Assembly (NCBI RefSeq): GCF_009914755.1 | Contig: NC_060926.1 | Reading direction: 5' to 3' (one strand) | Origin: the human T2T-CHM13v2.0 reference genome, Homo sapiens | DNA: 64,000 nt | Shown here: one piece after another, positions 35,685 through 48,689 of the stretch | Numbering within the stretch: the stretch's first letter is position 1 | Layout: each line of letters begins with the position of its first letter | Program-made: the position numbers and the translations under genes | The notes under the pieces: model-generated | What the model was told of the DNA's origin: nothing | The model's input: only the letters and a program-made list of their open reading frames with translations | The model's database searches: none

Positions 35685-36065
35685 AGGAAGTTCTTCTGCT
35701 GGTCTCACTGGGGTGTCTCCTACAAATGCACTTAGTGGATGGCTGGGCTGGAGTCATGTGAATGCTGGACTGCAACAGAGGGACGGCTGGCTTCTCTCCA
35801 TCTCCATGCAGCCTCTGTGCCTTCCACGTGGCTACCCCTGCCTTCCTCACAGCATGGAGGTATCAGGGTAATTGGGCTTTTTTCACGATAGCTGGCTTCT
35901 CCAAAGTGGAAGTTGCAAAGAACAGGACAGAAGCTGCGAAGTCCCATGCCCTAGACTTGAAAGCCTCTCTGCCAGCCCAGATTCAATGCTGAGGGCACTA
36001 TTCAAGGGAGTGGCTACCAGAAGACATGGCTCAATGAAAGGGGCATCTTGGAAGACTAAGTGGCA
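35685..36065 (-). mobile_element. MLT1H/I-like LTR fragment
   Basis: ccttcctcacagcatggagg...gctggcttctcc...ggggcatcttgg. Confidence 0.55.
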
Positions 36066-36356
36066 GCTAAGCTATTATCCTGTAGATAATGAGGAGTCAT
36101 TGAGGCTTTTAAGTAGGAGATGGATTTGATTTCAGTTTTGTTTCAATCATTCTGGGACTAAGTGAACTAGACTGGGAAGGGAATGACCCATTTCCTTTCT
36201 GGGAGACACCAAAGATATCTGGGGAGGCTTGGAGACCTCTCAAATGCCTAGAGGGGTTACAGAGCCCACATCTCTGTGGTCCCAAAGCAGTGAGTCTCCA
36301 TCCATATAGATAGAACAGCAAGTGCTACATCAAGAGAGAAGCTTCACATGATTTAA

Positions 36357-36876
<520 letters not shown>

Positions 36877-36974
36877 CTAAACTAGAAACTAAAAGCAAGA
36901 AACAATTGTGACTCCTATCCCATGACAGGAGTCTGCACCTCATTTTCACACCAACCTGGCAGGTTTTGCTTTTG

Positions 36975-37109
36975 AGGAGTAGTCAGCCCAACTGGGACTT
37001 AGGGGTACTTAGGAGTACTTAGCCCAACTGGGACTTAGGGGTAGTTTGGAGTACTTAGCCCAACTGGGACTTAGGGGTACTTAGGAGTACTTAGCCCAAC
37101 TGGGACTTA
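36975..37109. repeat. 36-bp minisatellite, about 3.7 copies
   Basis: Unit agcccaactgggacttaggggtacttaggagtactt starts at 36985, 37021 and 37057, partial at 37093. Confidence 0.95.
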
Positions 37110-37884
37110 AGAGAGCAGACATTGGTGGGAGTGGAAAGGCTGCCCACATCATCACACACCTGTTGGATACCAAGCCCTGGCTCACTTCATTGCAAATATT
37201 ATTTTGTTTAATTCTCAAAAGAGCTATCCAGGGCAGGAATTATCGTTGTGTTTTTTGAGATGAGGAAGCTGGAACATAACTCCCCCAGATCACCCGCCTT
37301 ACAGGAACAGAAACGCTGGCTTCTGACCCCACAGGCATGCTATCTCCTACATGGTTTTGTTATAAGCTCCTTTTCAGCATTTTGTTGTCAGAGTGTTTGC
37401 AAATGAAGAATAAAAGGACTTTACAGCTGAGGGTAGTTCCCTGACTACCATACTGTCACCCTGGCCACAAGAAGTCTAATGACAGCTTTGAGCTACAGGC
37501 ATGCAAGCTCAGAACTTAAAATTCTTTTATTTTATCAGCTCTCTTTAGGGAAAGAAATCCTTCTAATCTCCTATAAAGAATTCTCAGTGGACATCAGCTG
37601 GAAAAACTGGCAAATGCTACTTTTATGGCTTCGATTTCTCTTGTTTCTCCAAATGTCTCTATTGCATGGGCTTTTGCATAAAACAATGTTTGGCAGGACC
37701 AGAGGTTTTCAGCAGTATCAATTGCACTAGGCTATAGTGGGTCTTCATCACCGTGAAACTGGGGCATTTACAGCCCAGCAACACTAAGTCTTGTTTAATG
37801 CAGCTCAGAATTCTCAGAGAGGCTGGAAAGTCACACAGGTGTCAGTCATTCATAGTGGCTTCATGGTACCTTGTATATCATTTA

Positions 37885-38473
37885 GTGTCCAGCCAAGATA
37901 CTGAAGCCACACCAGCTATTTTAACAGAGACCTTTTAGCATAAAGACCCGTTAACTAGAAATTGAGGAACTGAAAAGGCAAAAAGGGAACACTAAGATAT
38001 CACAGAGGTAGCAGGAAGCAGCTGCCTCCCCTACGACTAGAGGTAGAGATTATTAAAGCTTAGAAGCTTGAAGAAGAGGCCCCACAGTGCTGGGATGCAG
38101 ACTTCTGAGGAGGGACACCAGCTGGCTGGTGCAGGCATCTCTCACAGGGTGAGATGAAGCTGGTTCTGAGTGCTGGAAAAGCTGCAAACTAGGTCCGGCT
38201 GTTACTACTGCAATGAACTGCTGCTGTCTGCATGAAGAGATGAGGCTGGAGTGACACTGCAGGAACAGGAAGCAAACTGGAAGGAAACAGGAAGGAGCCA
38301 GGTCCCCCTTTCCACCTCCAAAGCACAACTTCCCTCTAGCACCGCCTATTGGCAGAGTTGATCAGAGAAGCCACTGGAAAGGTAAAGTGTGGTTTGCAGA
38401 GTCCCAGCCCCAGCAACACAAAACCACACAGAAGTGGGTTTGAAGTTGACAGACAATCGCCTAATAACTGGCA
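37885..38473 (-). mobile_element. Old ERVL-type LTR (LTR50-like)
   Basis: Recalled similarity: gaagccacaccagctattttaacagaga...cctctagcaccgcctattggcagag...cagagtcccagcccc. Confidence 0.5.
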
Positions 38474-39598
38474 TCTTTAGCAAGATTTTAAAAATAAATT
38501 TGACACCAAAAACAAAAAAAAAAATTATAGCAGTAAAAGACACTCATGTGGGAAAATGTTTTGAATTTAACCACTTGCTTTTTATATTAAGCCATTGCTT
38601 TGGTATTGGGAGAAGGAAAAGTGTTACATTATTATTGGAAACCCTGAATTCAAGTAATGCAAATCTGTCTTCGAGTTCATTTAACAAAGTGACATTTAAA
38701 TTACTAAGAAGAATGGAATAAACTCTATGTTATTTGCACTCTCCCAATACACTGGGATGAAATTGTCCTGGGATCAGCAACTGATTAAGCTGATTATATA
38801 CTTCATACATGGAGGATGTGGTTTTCAACCGGCCACAATCAAAATACAATTTACTTCTGTTAGTATAATAATGTAGATGCTATAAAAGGCATCTCTCGGT
38901 AAGTGTTTTTCATGTACATTTCTGCTACTATTAGCAGGGTATTTTCACAGCCTCGCTCTATCTTCTCCTTCCTTTTAACTCCAAACTCTAACCGTAGAAT
39001 TTTTCAGACTTCTCAGAATAGATACAGCAAGGGAACCCTGACACATGGTGAGGAGGAAGGGGGCCACACTGGGGGCTGCTGGGAAAATAGGCATACATAT
39101 GCTGGCATGGAAAATGGCACTCAAAGATGGGTGGCTCATGAAAAGGTGTAAGGCAAAAGGTAAGCCAGGCTAACAGAGCAGTTGGAAGCAGTGCCAATAG
39201 AAAGGGATCTACCAACAAAATAAAAGGCATTGTCTGTGTGCACCTGTTCTGAAAAGAAATAATCATGAGGGCAATGGTTCCCATGAACAATGGCTTATCC
39301 AAAAGGAAGGAGCTTATTTCCTTACTCACTATTTGGATGACCAGACTGATGCCTGGTGTCTCTCCTCTAATTAGCATGCTAGCAATGAATGTACTGCATA
39401 CCTCCTCAGCCAAATTCTGTAGAGGAGATGCTGCAGGAACTTATGAAGTTCCTGACTCACTTCTATTCTGACTCACTTCTAGTTGGTCATGCCTAAACAT
39501 ATGTGTAGCCCTAAGCCTTCTCTCCATTTCTACAGCAACACCTCCATCCATGCTGTCATGATTCTTGCCTGGACTTCTGCAGTCATCCTTCACCTGGT

Positions 39599-39944
39599 TG
39601 TATTAGTTAGGGTCTTCCAGAGAAACAGAATCAATAGAAGATGTATATATGTCTCTCGCTATATCCATCTGTCTATCTATCTATCTATATGTCTCTCTCT
39701 TTGTGTGTGTGCATGTGTGTGTATGTATATATATATATATATATATATGGAGAGAGAGAGAGAGGAGATGTTTATCTATTTCTACATATATAGAGAGACA
39801 TAGAGGATTATATATATATAAAATCAATAGGAGTATAATCAATAGGATATACATATATATAGAGAGAGATATCTCTCTCTCTATATATATATATATATAC
39901 AGAGAGGATATATATATATAAAGTCAATAAGAGTATAATCAATA

Positions 39945-40013
<69 letters not shown>

Positions 40014-40454
40014 TTGTAAAAGTTTGGATCATGCTATTATGGGGGTTGAGAAGTCCCACGATCTGCCATTTGCAAATTAGAGAACCAGGAAAGCTGGTGG
40101 TGCAGTTCCAATTTAAGCCCAAGTCCTGAGAAGCAGGAGAGTCAGTGGTGTAAGCCCCAGTCTGAATCTGAAGGCCCCCAAACCAGGATCTCTTGTTTCT
40201 GAGGACAGAAGAAGCTGGATGTCTCACCTCAAAAAAAGAGTGATTTGGAATGTGTTTTTGTTTTGTTCAGGCTCTGAATGGGTTGGATGATGCCCATCCA
40301 CATTGGTGAGAACAAATCTTTGTTGCTCCGTCTGTGGATTCAAATGCTAATCTCTTCTGGAAACACCCTCACTGGTACACCCCCAAATGATATACTACCA
40401 GCTATCTGGCTATTCCTTAGCCCAGTCAAGTGGACACATAAAATTAACCATCAT
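39599..40454 (-). mobile_element. MLT2B/D-like ERVL LTR with expanded (TA)/(GA) tract
   Basis: tgtattagttagggtcttccagagaaacagaa...cagtcaagtggacacataaaattaaccatca; 5-bp TSD ctggt. Confidence 0.9.
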
Positions 40455-40802
40455 GCTGGTCTTTCCAATCCTATTCCTATCCCCTTTCAATCTATTCTCC
40501 AAAAAGCAGGCAGAGTTAGTCTTTAGGAACTCAAATGGGGCCATGCCCTTTCCTTATCGAAAAGCTTTCAGAAGTTTCCATTTCACTTACAGTAAAATAA
40601 AAAATTGGTTAGCAAAAATTACAAGGCCCTCTGTGATCTCATCTCTGGGTAGCCCAATAGGTTCAGTTGGTGCCATCCTCCTTGTTCACTCTGCTCTCGC
40701 TGGTGCCTGCTGCTCTTTCTTGTTGCCTCTCTCTGAAATGTTCTCTTCCCCATGTCTTGCATATACAACTCCTGCTCATTCTTCATCCCTGGGCTCAGGA
40801 GT

Positions 40803-40840
40803 GAAAGAAAGAAAAGAAAGAAAAGAAAGAAAAGAAAGAA

Positions 40841-40884
<44 letters not shown>

Positions 40885-41706
40885 AGGAAGGAAGGAAGGA
40901 AGGAAGGAAGGAAGGAAGGAAGGAAGGAAGGAAGGAAGGAAGGAAAGAAAGAAAGAAAAGAAAGAAAAGAAAGAAAGAAAGAAAAACACACATAGCAGGT
41001 CCCTTCCTTTGCCTAATGGCCTAATGTTCCCTACCAATGAAGAACGGAGACCAAATCGTCTGAGCATGGAGCCAGTCTGAGATAGAAGTTAGAAGCTCTA
41101 AGAGCCTCTCCCATTATGGTCTTTTCTTCATCCATGACCTAAACTCCAAGGAAATCCTTCTAGAAATAACTTCTGAGCACCCACAATGATGTGTATAAAT
41201 CATGACACCAGAACTTGCGGGAGATACCCAGAGAGCACGGCTTCTCCATGAGGGAGGCTACATTCCAGGCAGCAAGGAGCTGAGTGTACACAAATGAGTC
41301 TGATGTGAGGCAGGAAATGTTAGGTGACGTACGTGAAAAACCAGCAAAACAGGACAGGGTTCAGAGCAGGAGAGAGTGCTTCTCTTGAGACCAGTCAGGA
41401 AAGCTGTCTGAATTAAGGGATTGTGTTTTAACTGGACCTCGGAAAACAGTAAAGAGCCGGACATGTGATAGAAATGTCTACCAGAGGGCTTCCAAGTGGA
41501 GGAACCAGCAGAGCAGAGGCTTGGCACCACAACGCTGTGTGTTAGTGCAAGAAGGAATATTAGGAAACCTACTAAAAGTCCACTGGAAATCTTTGCTTGG
41601 TGAGGACAAACAAATATATTTCAAGGAATGCTTTGTTTATTGTGTCCTGCTAATCTTGTCGGAACCATTTCATTCCACGTGAAGAGGTGAATCCACATTT
41701 GGGAAT
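40803..41706 (+). repeat. Acceptor copy of local duplication, including (GAAA)n/(GGAA)n STR
   Basis: STR at 40803-40983, then ~98% identity to 8546-9268; flanked by cctgggctca(g/a)gagt. Confidence 0.97.
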
Positions 41707-42894
41707 GTGGATTCCCAAAGAGCTCAGGGAGATACCTGAGCTCCTGGGCTCAAGAGTCACTTCCTCAGAAGATCCCTGCCTTGCTCTCCCCTTCCCTTTT
41801 CCCCAGCCTAGAGAAGGTCCTCACATTGTTCATTTCTTTTCAGATCCTAATCATAACTTAAAATCCAAGTGTGCTTATTTAGTTAATATCCTGCTCCCCT
41901 CTAGAAAGTAAGCCCCAGGAAAGTAGGAATATTGGATTTTTCTTTTTGTAACTAGCTGTTGTATTCCTTGTGCCTAACACAGGGCCTGACAAATAATACA
42001 TACTCAATAAAGGTCTGCTGAATGAATTAGCGGTGCAATAAAATGTTATTAGACATAACTATCCTCAAAAGCCATTGCCATCCCCTGACATTTTTGTTAG
42101 CCAATTTTGACCCTTTGGGCCCAATTTGTTGCCATCTTTCAAGCCACTTTCCCTCTCGGGTGCCCTTTTCTCTCTCACTACCTGCTGGCTGCTGACATCC
42201 AAAGTCACTAGTTCATCCTCTGCCTCAGATAAGCTTTGCACCGCAGTGGACCCTAAACTAAGCACCAGGCCTGCCTTTCCACACTCTGAAATTCACTGCG
42301 GTGATCTGTCAGACTAAGGACTCATTCATCTGGTCTCTACCTTTAACACCATGGGAGGACCTATGTTTGGGCCCAGGTTCCTCCAACACTAGTTTCTATA
42401 AGTAAAGAGAATATTGTTTGATTAACGTTCTTTTCCTTTTCCAACCTCCTGAACAATTTTAGAGCCATTAAAATTTTACTTCCCAGCACATATGTGGTCT
42501 ATGTGTAGTGTGGTCATAGGACAGGGATTTTGTCCCAGAATTGAGAAAAGCTTAGCCACTTTAAGGGGGAGTCATCCAAGTGCCAGATACAATTTTGGCT
42601 AACCAGGCATGCCCTGCCCTTGCTGTATGGAGCATGCGTTCCAGCGGATGATGGAATAAGTGGAGGGGCTTCCCTTCCCATGGACTCAATAAACACTGAA
42701 ATGCTGATTTTCAGCAAATTCATCTCATTGGTTAAGTTCCCAAAATATGCCAAAATATTTTAAAATTCAGGGCTGTAGGCTTTATATTATGAATATTTCA
42801 TTTCTCATTTTCAAATATTCTAGCTAAGGTAGATGCTGTAGAGAATATTTTACACTAGATAAGGAAGGATTACATTTGCATGCATCATCCTCAC

Positions 42895-43286
42895 TGTCTT
42901 AGTCCATTCAGGCTACTAGAGCAAAATAACATAAACTAGGTGGCTTATAAACAACAGGAATTTATTCCTCACAGTCCTGGAGGTGGGGAAGTCTGGGATC
43001 AAGGGACTGGCAGTCAGTGTCTGGTGAGGGCCTCCTTCCTGATTTATAGATGGCACCTTCCCTCTGTGTCCCCACATGGTGAAAATGGTAGACAGGCTCT
43101 CTTTCGTAAGGGCACTAATCCTATTCATGAGGGCTCCACCCCCGTGATTTTAATCGCCCTCCAAAGGCCCCATCTCCTAATCCCATCACCTTGGGAGTTA
43201 GGTTTTCAACATATAAATTTAGGATGGGGGTTAGGATTTTAACATATAAATTTTAGAAGGGAGACACAAAAATTCAGACCATAGCA
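42895..43286 (-). mobile_element. MLT1A0-like LTR
   Basis: tgtcttagtccattcaggct...aagggcactaatcctattcatgagggctccacc...ttcagaccatagca; ~33-bp internal tandem duplication near 43193-43257. Confidence 0.92.
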
Positions 43287-43680
43287 CCCATAAAGAAAAA
43301 ATACCAAATACGCTCAAGGGAGTCTACATTATCTTGCCAATGATAACAGTTCACCTAGCTCTGAAAAACTGAAAGGAGGTGGCAGGATGACTTTACCTCC
43401 AAAAGAAGAGTTTAAAGTACACTGAAAGGTTTTATAAATTAATGGTTTAGGCAGAATTAACATTTCAGTGTGAACCAGTAAAAATCCCTTCAGCAAGAAT
43501 CAAATTCTGCTTTTTTCTGCCAACCACAATCAGATGAAATCGTCTCAAATTGAAGACACCCCTCCACAGTGACATGAGCAGGCTCCTCCATGGGAAATCT
43601 GCGGGCGTGGGAGCTAGATTCTAAATGTAGCACTCAAAATGGCAAAAGCCATCAGGCCTAAAGACAGAGAAAAAATATGC

Positions 43681-43981
43681 TTTTTTTTTTTTTTTTTTTT
43701 TGAGATGGAGTATTGCTCTTGTCACCCAGGCTGGAGTGCATGGCACGATCTTGGCTCACTGCAACCTCCGCCTCCGGGATTCAGGCAGTTCTCCTGCCTC
43801 AGCCTCCCGAGTAGCTGGAACTACAGGTGCCTGCCACCACGCCTGGCTAATTTTTGTACTTTTAATAGGGACAGGGTTTCGCCATGTTGGCCAGGATGGT
43901 CTTGAACTACTGACCTCGTGATCTGCCTGCCTCGGACTCCCAAAGTGCTGGGATTACAGGTTTGAGCCACCGTGCCCGGCC
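43681..43981 (-). mobile_element. AluS SINE
   Basis: Poly(T) then antisense dimer; aatatgc on both flanks. Confidence 0.95.
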
Positions 43982-44920
43982 AGAATATGCATTATTAAAG
44001 CACTATCAGATGGAAATGTTTGACACAACAATGATGGAAAAGCCTGTGAATTTCCACTCTGGCCAACTATAAACAGTTTGTCTTAGTTTTTTAGTTTAAA
44101 TGATTAAAACAAAATATAATCAAAATAGAACAATCAGACGTGGAACTTCCATAAGCACCTTCCCTCTCATAGCTTTTTGCTATTTGATGTAATGAAGGCA
44201 TTTTTGCTACGTTGAGCTCTAGGTAGGAAGCAGGCACAGAGAGACAACCAGCAATCTATCCCGGGTCATGCGACTGGTGGCCAAGTTTGAGGCAGGTCCT
44301 TGGCTTCTCACAGACACCTTGGCCACAGTCACTGCGTCTGCATTCTCCGATCTCCTGCCATTCAGGGAGAAAGGGGGCTTTTCAGGATTAAGCCTAGGAG
44401 AGGGCTCCATGGAGTATAGAGACTGGTTGGTTCAGATTCTATAATTTAAAAGAATTTTTAAAAGGTTTTATTAGGGGGATTCTTGATTTAAAGAGGTACT
44501 TCAGGAAGTAATCAACTGTTTTACTGTCATATTGAGATAATAGCTACTTCTCAGCCTGTGTAAGCTCAAATAATATTAATACCTCAGCTGAAGCACAGGA
44601 GAATGGAACTTGTGAGAACAGACTGAGGTGGGGGCCTTCCCAGCTAAAACCCACAAGACTCTCTCACCGGGATGGAACACATATTGATCAAGGAGGTGAG
44701 ATGGGGGCAAATTTTATTGACATCAGTTTATTTCTCATTACTTGATAAAGAGAAAGAAAAGCAGAGTGAGTAAATAAAAGGAGGCAAGAGAGAGAAAGAA
44801 TAACAAAGAATGGGGGTATAAGAAAACCAGCCCACTGGTGTCCAACACAAAACAGATCTTCGTTATTCTGGGACCTCCAGTTAATTCACCCAATTTCCTA
44901 AATTAAAAGAAAGTCATTTA

Positions 44921-45283
<363 letters not shown>

Positions 45284-45404
45284 CTAAAACCTGTAAAAAT
45301 ATTGAGACCCAGCGTTTGGGCTCTTATGTTCAGTCACTCATTTAAAGCCAGCACTTTAATTTTGAGCCAGATCACTTTGGTGAACCCATTGAGCCATAAT
45401 AAAC

Positions 45405-45530
45405 ACATCACCACTGTCAGCCCCAGCACCACCACCGTCACCACTACCAGCAGGATCACCATCACCACCCACCGCACCATCATCACCACCACCCTCATTA
45501 TCATCACCGTCACCACCAACACCACCACCA
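45405..45530. repeat. (CAC/CAT)n low-complexity repeat
   Basis: Degenerate trinucleotide run. Confidence 0.9.
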
Positions 45531-45846
45531 GATCCCAGCCTACCATGACGTCTCTGGACCTTTCTCCCAACTCTCTTCACTGTGTCTTTGGATCCCAGAA
45601 CAACTTCTACATCTCTAGCAGCCAGAGGACAAATTCTAGGTTTTTTCTACTCTATTATATTCTGTTAAGATAGATTCAACTGCCAGGAAGAAAGAACACC
45701 TAATTAAAACTACATGTTGCCTACTTAATCAGAAGTTTGAATATTAAGTTATCTCAGAGTTGGTTCCACAGCTCAACCACATCATGAAAGATCATGGTTA
45801 TTTCTTCTTTCTAGTCCAACATCCTTAAAGTACTGGCTTTTCACTC

Positions 45847-46214
45847 TATTATGGGCGGAATGTTTCTGTACCCCCAAAATTCCTGTGTTGAAATCCTAAC
45901 CCCCTAGGTGACGGTATAGGAGGTGGGACCTTTGGGAGGTAATTAAGTCATGAGGGAGTGGAGCCCTTGTGAATGAGATTAGTAGTCTTGTAAAAGGTAC
46001 CCCCAAGAATTCTGTCACCCTGCTTCTGCCATATGAGAATAAAATGAGAAGTCAGCAGTGTGGAACCCAGAAGTGGGCCCTCACCAGAACCCAGCCATTC
46101 TGGCACTCTGATCTCAGGCTTCCAGCTTCCAGAACTGTGAGAAATAAATTTCTGTATTTTGTAAGCCCCCCAGGCTCTGGCACCTTGTTATCATAGCCCA
46201 GGCTTGCTGAGACA
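45847..46214 (+). mobile_element. MLT1A0-like LTR, nested in an older MLT1J/K relic (~45680-46510)
   Basis: tattatgggcggaatgtttctgtacccccaaaattc...cttccagaactgtgagaaataaattt...gagaca. Confidence 0.9.
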
Positions 46215-47049
46215 CACCTTCATGCTGGTGGCCTTCTGTTGCAGGGTGGCTGCTGTGGCTCCAGCCATCTCATCCATGTTTCAGACAGGGAAAGAAGCAG
46301 CACCAGGTAACTCTCCTCTTATGCCAATCTTATCATGAAAGGAGAGCTTTCCAGGACATTTTTTATTGGATAGAAAAGGGTCATATGACTCTGGAAAACT
46401 GTGTGCCTGAAAAAGGAAAGCAGGATTGTCATAATGGCTCATTTCTGCCCTGAATAAAATATGGATTCTAGTAGCAAAGAAAATAGGAAGTGGGACAATC
46501 ACCAATGTTTGGCCTAGGGACTATGCCTTCATCATCACAAAGGACAACTGGGGTTTGTACCAGTCAGTACCTTTCATGTTTCCTCCGCCTCTCATTTCCT
46601 TCTCCTCTGTGTGTTGCCTTCCTTCGCTCTCACTACTAACCAGCTTCCTCTACCTCATGAAACAAGCTCCCTGATTTTACATCTCATGCTTCTGCCACAG
46701 GAGAAAGGGACTGCTCTCCTCAGAACTAAATAAAACAAACAAAACAAAATAACAGGAAGGACTTGGCTTGGGCCAACCCAAGACCAATCAAGTGCCATGG
46801 GGGTGGGAGCAGGACTAAGAGTCAACAGCTCAAATTAGGTACATGACCCATTTTGCAGGGGCCTGAGACGTAGGACCATAGAAGAAAGCAGAAGCCCCTG
46901 AGATGGGCTTGTGAGAGGGGACCAGTTTCCAGGGGAAGGAGGAGAGAAGGCTGCCAGGAGTCAGCACCCCAGAAATCCATCACAAGCTGCCTCCCACTCC
47001 CTTACCCCACAAAAGCAAAGGGAGCCACTGTCAGCACTGCTCAAAATAG

Positions 47050-47570
47050 TGTCCTGGCCAGGGTTCCCTAGAAAGCAGAGGCTGAGATCAAAACATTTGA
47101 GCAGCCACTTTATTAGGAAATACACTCCTAGGGAATTAAGAGGATGGAAAGAGAGCACGAAGAAAGGAAGGTGGAGAGCTTTTCTGAGAGGATGCTGTCA
47201 GAACGGACAGCTTCATCTCACAGAAGCATCTTCTGAAAACCCCATGAACTACAGTCTCCAAATGGGAAGGGGAGAGAAGGAGAAGAATGCATCCATAGCT
47301 CCTAGCTCCTATCTATCAAGGTTTGGCCCAAGAATGTTAACCACCTGCACTGGACTTTGGTACCACGTGGGTCCTTCCACCTCCCAGGCCTTGGAGGCAG
47401 GAGGGGATAAACACAGGGGAGGCAGCATGTGGTCCACCCCTGGGAAGCCTGCAATGTTGGGGCTGCTGGTGGAGCCCCAGCTGAGCTGGTGGACATGGCT
47501 GCTGTGAGAGAAAACAAGCTGCAAAGAGTCCTAAAGGTAGTGAGGAGGCTGACAGCATCCGAGGAAGTGC
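47050..47570 (-). mobile_element. LTR16-like ERVL LTR
   Basis: gggttccctagaaagcagaggctgaga...tttattaggaaatacactcctaggg. Confidence 0.5.
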
Positions 47571-47927
47571 CTAGGAAGGGTCAGAAACAGATACTCATCT
47601 CTCTTTCCATTTCAAGTCAATGTTCACTATAAACATGCTGTGTGCACAATGCTCCCCAAGGATGGAAACACCAAGAACAGGACAGTGTTCTTGGCCTCAA
47701 AAATGAAAATCTAGTTAGGAAGGTCAGATAGGCACTCAAGCAAAGATAACTAACAATATAGGTTAGCACATGGAAAAGATACATTTATGCAAATAGTGAA
47801 TACAGAAATACTTGCACTTATTCATTTGTACATTCAAAAACATTTATTGAGTGCCTATTGCTTACCAGATAATGGGGGATTTGAAGATACATGGTTTCAG
47901 AAATCTTAGAATATAATCGTACTTTCT

Positions 47928-48060
47928 TTTTTTTTTTTTTTCCACAGGGCTAAACCATGTAATGTCTCTTAATTAAGCTGATGGCATCAAATTTCAGTGA
48001 AAGAAATTCAAAGGGAATGGAGGAGACCCAGCAGAGGGGGCGAAACAATATAGTACAGTT
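47928..48060 (-). other. Orphan L1-mediated retro-insertion (119-bp body plus poly(A))
   Basis: Perfect 17-bp TSD atataatcgtactttct at 47911-47927 and 48061-48077; T-run at 47928-47941; TT|AGAAAG endonuclease-type site on the - strand. Confidence 0.9.
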
Positions 48061-48234
48061 ATATAATCGTACTTTCTAATAACACTTACAATCACAAGAT
48101 ATTTTAAACCATTTCCGTTGGAATTTGTGCATCTGTATAAGATCTATGTTCATTTCTCTTGAAGGGCATGAAAAGGTGATTTTTCAAGAACACCAAATGT
48201 TAATTTTTTTCAGATTTTCTTTTTGAAATATTTA

Positions 48235-48588
<354 letters not shown>

Positions 48589-48689
48589 AATAGTACTGTG
48601 AATATGCCCCACTCCTGACACCTGAACCACCTTTCAAGAATAATGGGAAGAGAATGGGGGAGGAGTCAAGGGGCCCGATTTAGAATCTC

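Larger units (their letters stand above)
39510..42028 (+). mobile_element. L2, interrupted by MLT2 (39599-40454) and the duplicated segment (40803-41742)
   Basis: cttgcctggacttctgc...ctggt; cctgctcattcttca...gagt|cacttcctcagaag; ends tactcaataaaggtctgctgaatgaat. Confidence 0.8.

Noticed and set aside
36975-37109. CRISPR-like 36-bp repeats
   Set aside because: Head-to-tail with no unique spacers, no cas genes, eukaryotic context
38770-38870. IIYFIHGGCGF resembling an esterase HGGG motif
   Set aside because: Motif imperfect, frame closes soon after, no other lipase motifs nearby
40387-41067. 202-aa and overlapping ORFs
   Set aside because: Read through MLT2, L2 and the stop-free STR
40803-41706. 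Alu- or L1-mediated transduction as the origin of the duplicate
   Set aside because: No poly(A) at the 3' end, no Alu body, GC-rich non-endonuclease target, and fold-back filler at the junction
44173-44222. Additional AG...GT exon-like unit
   Set aside because: Stops in all frames and a weaker donor; indistinguishable from chance
46911-47507. 198-aa ORF
   Set aside because: Lies mostly in an old LTR-like relic; non-ATG start; no domain
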